Assembly: GCA_016201505.1 (NCBI GenBank) | Contig: JACQCQ010000013.1 | Location: 80,830 to 144,829 of the forward strand | Length of the DNA stretch: 64,000 nucleotides | Direction of reading: 5' to 3' | DNA from: Candidatus Sungiibacteriota bacterium | GTDB taxonomy: Bacteria; Patescibacteriota; Minisyncoccia; Sungbacterales; JACQCQ01 | Part shown: positions 59,433 through 64,000 of the stretch, one piece after another | Numbering within the stretch: the first letter of the stretch is position 1 | How the letters are laid out: the number at the start of each line of letters is the position of its first letter | Translations under genes and position numbers: made by a program | The notes under the pieces: model-generated | Seen by the model: only the letters and a program-made list of their open reading frames with translations | Databases searched by the model: none | Told to the model about the DNA's origin: nothing

Positions 59433-59561
59433 AGTAAATCAAATTCTAAATCCGAATTTCTAAATCCGAAACAAATACCAATACACCAAATCCAAAATTT
59501 GGAACTTTAGAATTTAGAATTTGTTTAGAGTTTAGGATTTCGTGCTTAGGATTTTTCATGT

Positions 59562-59675
59562 TTAGCCTTGCCGCTGCTTATGCTTTGGATTCTTGCATAC
59601 AACAAATACTCGACCGTTCCGTCGAGTTGTCTTGCAATGACTGCAGATCTTTTTAACCGATGCGCGAACTTTCAT
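59562..59675 (-). CDS. rpmJ: 50S ribosomal protein L36
   Basis: Manual translation [37 protein letters not shown]. Confidence 0.97.
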   Translation of the reverse strand: MKVRASVKKICSHCKTTRRNGRVFVVCKNPKHKQRQG

Positions 59676-59780
59676 CCCGTTAGAAGCAGATCGCGATCAA
59701 ACGCGTTGTCTGCAAAAATAAATGTAATTAAATTGCTCTTTGTAACCCCGCTATTTCGCGATCGCGGCTTCTAACGGGAT
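59674..59780. mobile_element. CCCGTTAG-TIR miniature element
   Basis: 14-bp TIR ATCCCGTTAGAAGC; end overlaps the rpmJ ATG. Confidence 0.7.
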
Positions 59781-59786
59781 TAATCC

Positions 59787-60002
59787 CTACTTCATGCGCA
59801 GTACGATCCTGCCTTTCGTTAAATCATAGGGCGACATTTCAATCCGCACGCGATCCCCGGGCAGAACCCGAATGTGATGCACGCGCATTTTCCCGCCCAA
59901 ATGGGCCAGGATCTCTTGCCCATTGTCGAGGAGAACCCTAAACAGGGTAGAGGGCAACGCTTCAGTTACTTCGCCTTCATGGATGATTTTGTCACCTGCC
60001 AT
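59787..60002 (-). CDS. infA: Translation initiation factor IF-1
   Basis: [21 protein letters not shown]. Confidence 0.97.
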   Translation of the reverse strand: MAGDKIIHEGEVTEALPSTLFRVLLDNGQEILAHLGGKMRVHHIRVLPGDRVRIEMSPYDLTKGRIVLRMK

Positions 60003-60078
60003 TGTATTTTTTCGCCTACGGCGAAAGGAGTAGTGATATGGTATCAGAGGGGGCCTTTCGCGTCAACCCTATTTTAAG

Positions 60079-61599
60079 CTAAGATCCGGCTGCAAACGGC
60101 TCAATCGTTAGATTGATTTTGGCTGGGTCATCGGGGGCATTTTTAAGCCAAAAAGGGAAGAATTTAAGCTTATAGGCCTTAAGCCCGGGTACCGTCTGGA
60201 GCGCACTTTCAATCGCCCCAGGCGAACTGCCTTCAATTTTTTGCAAAATAGCATCTCGGTCGAGTCGACCGCCAAGTACGACGGCATTGGAAAGCGTATA
60301 GGTCAGTTGGTGTCTCGCAATATCGAGATTAACCCCGGTTCTCGCGAGCGCGCTGCCAGGCTCCACAAAAACTTTAGGACTTGAGGTCGAAAATAAGGCC
60401 GCGACCAGTTCCTCTTCATCCTGATTTCGAAATGCCATGGCGTTCACCTTACCCGTGGCTGTCACCGCAAACTGATCACCGGCCGTTCCGGCCTTAGGCG
60501 AAGAAACATTGGTGATGGCAATTTCGCGGGCCCCGTCAATAATGGTAAACCCGTCAGGGATCTTTAGTTTCAATTGATCCCGAAGATAATTAAACAAATC
60601 CGCCGTTACGCCTTGGCTGGCATTTTTGATATCTATCTCGGTGATCACATTCGATTCACCGGATACGCCACCGGAAAATCCATTCGCGGCAGTTGCCGTA
60701 ATGGTTTGATATTTCGGCGTCCCTTTAAACCCGACAATCTTGAGTAGGACGGGGCCAGAGTTATAGAGGGGTCCAACATCCGCGGCGGAAACTGTTGCCT
60801 GAATGGTACTAGGCGACAGTTTGCCCGCCTGCGATTTTGCTCCGGGGACCGTCACACCTTTATCGAGGCGATAGATTTTTCCTTCTGGAGTTTGAAATCG
60901 GGTCTCTATAATTAAAACTTGCGGGTCAGTACCAAAGGCGTTGGTAATGAGAATCGTGCCTTTGGCTTTTTGATTGGTTCTGGCGTGTCCAGATGATTTA
61001 GCCGTAACTTGACGGCTTTCGGTGAAGGTAATCATCTCGCCGGGAATAATGCCCCGCGCCGGATCGATGGCGTTGGCATCCGAACTGACTTTCAGCGGCG
61101 TGGGGGGCAGATTAAAGGTGTCGGTCGTGGGGGTGAGCGAGATACTCACGCGAGCAAATGTCGTTGAGAGTAAAATGATAAGAGCCAGCACCGCTCCTAA
61201 AAAACCGCCGACCATAAGCCAGCTCCGCCGGTGGCGTCTTCGACCCGGCTCCCAGGTTCTAACTTCAAATTTGTCTTTGGGGGCTAGCATCTTTCTCGAA
61301 TCTGCTTGGGGTACTTCTTCTTTCAGCGTCACTTCTTCCGCCCGCGGGCGGAAAAAATCGGCAATAGCCTGATCCGTGTCAGCCGGCAGTTTGGGAGCTG
61401 GGATGGGCTCGGCCCTTTTTTTCGGTTTTGGCGGCGAGTCAGGCGTTTTTGGCTCGTCTCTAAATGTAATCTCTGTTACCGGTTCATTAGTTGGCTCAAT
61501 TTTTTTTAAAACAATGGGCTCGGCCCTTTTTTTCCCGACTCGAATGTCATTCAGGCCACGTCGCGACAGGGCTTTATTTTTATCAGGTAATCCAGTCAT
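60079..61599 (-). CDS. Membrane-anchored protein with baseplate-J-like domain
   Basis: TM then KAKGTI.ITN, TRFQT, YN, GFSGG motifs. Confidence 0.65.
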   Translation of the reverse strand: MTGLPDKNKALSRRGLNDIRVGKKRAEPIVLKKIEPTNEPVTEITFRDEPKTPDSPPKPKKRAEPIPAPKLPADTDQAIADFFRPRAEEVTLKEEVPQADSRKMLAPKDKFEVRTWEPGRRRHRRSWLMVGGFLGAVLALIILLSTTFARVSISLTPTTDTFNLPPTPLKVSSDANAIDPARGIIPGEMITFTESRQVTAKSSGHARTNQKAKGTILITNAFGTDPQVLIIETRFQTPEGKIYRLDKGVTVPGAKSQAGKLSPSTIQATVSAADVGPLYNSGPVLLKIVGFKGTPKYQTITATAANGFSGGVSGESNVITEIDIKNASQGVTADLFNYLRDQLKLKIPDGFTIIDGAREIAITNVSSPKAGTAGDQFAVTATGKVNAMAFRNQDEEELVAALFSTSSPKVFVEPGSALARTGVNLDIARHQLTYTLSNAVVLGGRLDRDAILQKIEGSSPGAIESALQTVPGLKAYKLKFFPFWLKNAPDDPAKINLTIEPFAAGS

Positions 61600-61604
61600 A
61601 ACAA

Positions 61605-62759
61605 TTAGTGCATTTCTTTTTGTATGATACGAGAAACAAGTGAAAAAAGCACTGTGTCTTCAGGCGAATGAAATGGCCAACCGCTAAAATGCGCCGACAC
61701 CGTGTCTGTTGGATGAAGGATAGAAACTTCGGCCTCGCTGCCGGCGGCAAAGGCTGCGTGCCAGTCGGGGTCTTGGAGGGCCGCCGACCAAACCGGGAGC
61801 GAGGCATACCTGCCTAAAACATAAAAGCGCGGAGTGACGACGACTGTTTTTGAAGCCTCAAGCAGCGCTTGTTGCCATTCGCGTTTCCAAAAATCCAACG
61901 TTCTTGCCATCGCCTCCTGAAGTTTTTTGATTGTTTCCGGCAGGAGTCTCCCCTCTTGCCATTGAGACAGAAGTACTGCGACGCTTTTTTCCGGCAGGCG
62001 AAAATACTTTCCAACAATACGCCTCAAATCCGCGCCGCCGAATTGAAACACGCGCTCGAACGCAAGCACGCCGCCCTGATAGAAGAGCAGGCCGGAGGCA
62101 TATTCACCGATATCAAAAACTACTCCCGAGGCATCAATACCCAGCTCAAAATGAACAGACTCATGAATGGATGAAATTCGCGGATAGAGGAAAATCGGCA
62201 GATGCGGGTACCTGATTTTAAAATGATCGAGTTCCTCCTCGAGCATACGCGGCCAGGCGGAGAGAGTAATTGAGAATGCGAGTTCTTTCCCGCGGGCAGC
62301 GACATTGTGCAGAAGTCGGTATCCATCAAGGCTGATGTGATCAAGCTCCGGAGGAAAATGAGCGAAGGGCTCAGATTCATCTTGGTATGAACGGGCGGCA
62401 GCGCGTTTGGCGCTTTTCCAGTAGAGTGCCAACTCCTCGGGTGTGATAGAAGCTGCGGGATTCGCCCGCGTCATCTTAAACTCATACATGTCCGCCTGCG
62501 CGGCGCTGTAGGGCAGTGAAATATGAATTTCCCGTACCTCTTTTAAGATCAAAGAAATTCTTCTCAAAAAAGCCTCGAGCGCCCGCAATGATTCTTGGAA
62601 AAGGCGCACATCGTCAACTTCTGGTCTTAGATCAAACTGCTCATGCAAAATGAGTTCAGCCGTTTTTTCATGCTTAGATAAGCAAAAAGCGACAAGTAAA
62701 ACCCGCGGCGGATCAATGTCGCAGCCAATAAAAACAAGCTGTTTGGCTTTTCGAAACAT
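61605..62759 (-). CDS. FtsA/PilM-like actin-fold protein
   Basis: LDGY, VFDIG, FGG motifs; divergent. Confidence 0.6.
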   Translation of the reverse strand: MFRKAKQLVFIGCDIDPPRVLLVAFCLSKHEKTAELILHEQFDLRPEVDDVRLFQESLRALEAFLRRISLILKEVREIHISLPYSAAQADMYEFKMTRANPAASITPEELALYWKSAKRAAARSYQDESEPFAHFPPELDHISLDGYRLLHNVAARGKELAFSITLSAWPRMLEEELDHFKIRYPHLPIFLYPRISSIHESVHFELGIDASGVVFDIGEYASGLLFYQGGVLAFERVFQFGGADLRRIVGKYFRLPEKSVAVLLSQWQEGRLLPETIKKLQEAMARTLDFWKREWQQALLEASKTVVVTPRFYVLGRYASLPVWSAALQDPDWHAAFAAGSEAEVSILHPTDTVSAHFSGWPFHSPEDTVLFSLVSRIIQKEMH

Positions 62760-62879
62760 GTACGTTCCCGGGGCTCTTGTTGGCTTAACGATACACCGCC
62801 ACACCTGAAATTTATATCTTGGAAAAGCCGAAAATTTATATTCTCCTATTCGCGCGAATTAGAGAAGATACCGGCGGGA

Positions 62880-63554
62880 TCAGGTGTTTCGGTAAACCAT
62901 CCAGATATCGATATCGCCTCCCGACGGGACCTTGTATTCGCGCTTGGCGGCGCGAACGATGGCGCGGGCCACATCCTCCGGCGGCCGGCCGTGAAATTCC
63001 GTCATGGGGGTTTTTGTTGTATCCGGATTTACTGAAACGATATAAAGGCTTGGATATTCTTCGGCGATCGATTGGGTAAATCCTCTGACGCCGAATTTTG
63101 TCGCCGAGTAGACTGACTCCATTTGCATACCTTGCTTGCCTAACCCGCTCGAGATATTAATGATGCTTTCGCGAATTAGAGGCAAGAGCTCTTTGGTCAG
63201 TTTAATCAGCTCCAGAAGATTCGTTTTCATTTGCAGTTCAATTTCGTCAAACGATTGGTCCTCAAGTTTTTTCCTAACGTTTACGCCGGCGTTATTAACC
63301 AAAACATCCGCGCCGCCAGCTTTTTTTATTGCCTCCGCAAAATTTTTGAGGCTTTCATCGCTTGTGATATCCAGGTGGAAAAATCGCACGTCCGATGCGC
63401 CAAGTTCTTTGACTTCATCAGCAACTTTTTCAGCTTCGTTCTTATGTTTGTTGTAGGTGAGTAAAAGCCTGTTACCCTCTTTTGCAAACTCAAGTGCCGT
63501 CGCCCGCCCAATGCCCGAAGAAGCGCCTGTAATAACTACTATTTTATTCTTCAT
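62880..63554 (-). CDS. Short-chain dehydrogenase/reductase
   Basis: TGASSGIG, NNAG, YSATK. Confidence 0.93.
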   Translation of the reverse strand: MKNKIVVITGASSGIGRATALEFAKEGNRLLLTYNKHKNEAEKVADEVKELGASDVRFFHLDITSDESLKNFAEAIKKAGGADVLVNNAGVNVRKKLEDQSFDEIELQMKTNLLELIKLTKELLPLIRESIINISSGLGKQGMQMESVYSATKFGVRGFTQSIAEEYPSLYIVSVNPDTTKTPMTEFHGRPPEDVARAIVRAAKREYKVPSGGDIDIWMVYRNT

Positions 63555-63557
63555 AAT

Positions 63558-64000
63558 TTATCTTTCATTTCTGATATGCTCCAACACGTCAGTCCAAGAA
63601 TATACGCGGGTGATGTGAGAAGGAATTGGGTCTTGATTCCAGGGAGTATTAAAGAGCCATACTTTCCTCCCAGTATCCGCAACTTCCAGCGCATGAGCCA
63701 CTGAGTCATCGATAAATATTTCTACCCCCAACTCATTACAAACTCCAGCTTTGGTTCTTTTGATACCATCGCCGTGAAATTGATTTGTAAAATATACTCC
63801 ACTAAATAAACCCGAATAATATTTCTCAAGCCATGAAGTTGTACGTTCCGCAAGATAGCTTGGCTTAGAGGTTATGACCACAAGCAAGTAATTTTTACTT
63901 AGTTCTCTAACGGCCTCCGTGGCCCCTTCCACCGGCTGAGCATTGTAGTGTACATCGGAGTTATAAAATTCTAAGATGCGCCTTATGGCATCATCTCTTG
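63558..64000 (-). CDS. 5'(3')-deoxyribonucleotidase-like HAD protein (5' end outside window)
   Basis: PVEGA, VITSK, IFIDD, PWN. Confidence 0.8.
   Translation of the reverse strand, partial: RDDAIRRILEFYNSDVHYNAQPVEGATEAVRELSKNYLLVVITSKPSYLAERTTSWLEKYYSGLFSGVYFTNQFHGDGIKRTKAGVCNELGVEIFIDDSVAHALEVADTGRKVWLFNTPWNQDPIPSHITRVYSWTDVLEHIRNER

Noticed and set aside
60079-61599. Prophage suggested by baseplate-J-like domain
   Set aside because: Single membrane-anchored gene among housekeeping genes; no other phage genes

Overview
64-kb chromosomal segment that looks like a Patescibacteria/CPR (Parcubacteria-like) bacterium using genetic code 11; taxonomy is inferred from gene content and rRNA features. 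Most genes are on the minus strand: proS, gap, a copper/thiol-redox cluster, rseP-tlyA-frr, holB, sugar genes, trmD-khpA-rpsP, a short smc, a sortase locus, rnc-nusB-rpmF, mreB and the infA-rpmJ-rpsM-rpsK-rpsD-rpoA-rplQ-rplM-rpsI block. A stand-alone 16S rRNA gene (~25591-30525, minus) carries three group I introns, one group II intron and several helix insertions, and lacks the anti-Shine-Dalgarno tail. The most striking unexplained pattern is a set of small DNA-binding-protein genes (one PaaX/Cas2-like, two TrpR-like), each bracketed almost to the base by two copies of its own 28-40 bp palindrome. Solo copies of the same palindromes are scattered elsewhere (one inside a 16S intron, one retaining a 3' gene stub), suggesting a palindrome-bounded cassette system. 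Also notable: an antisense promoter-SD-membrane-peptide-terminator unit inside the group II intron, a probable DGR target gene, SD-led orphan genes in a cell whose 16S has no anti-SD, and several miniature repeat families. Coordinates were read by eye and protein calls rest on motif recognition, not database searches.
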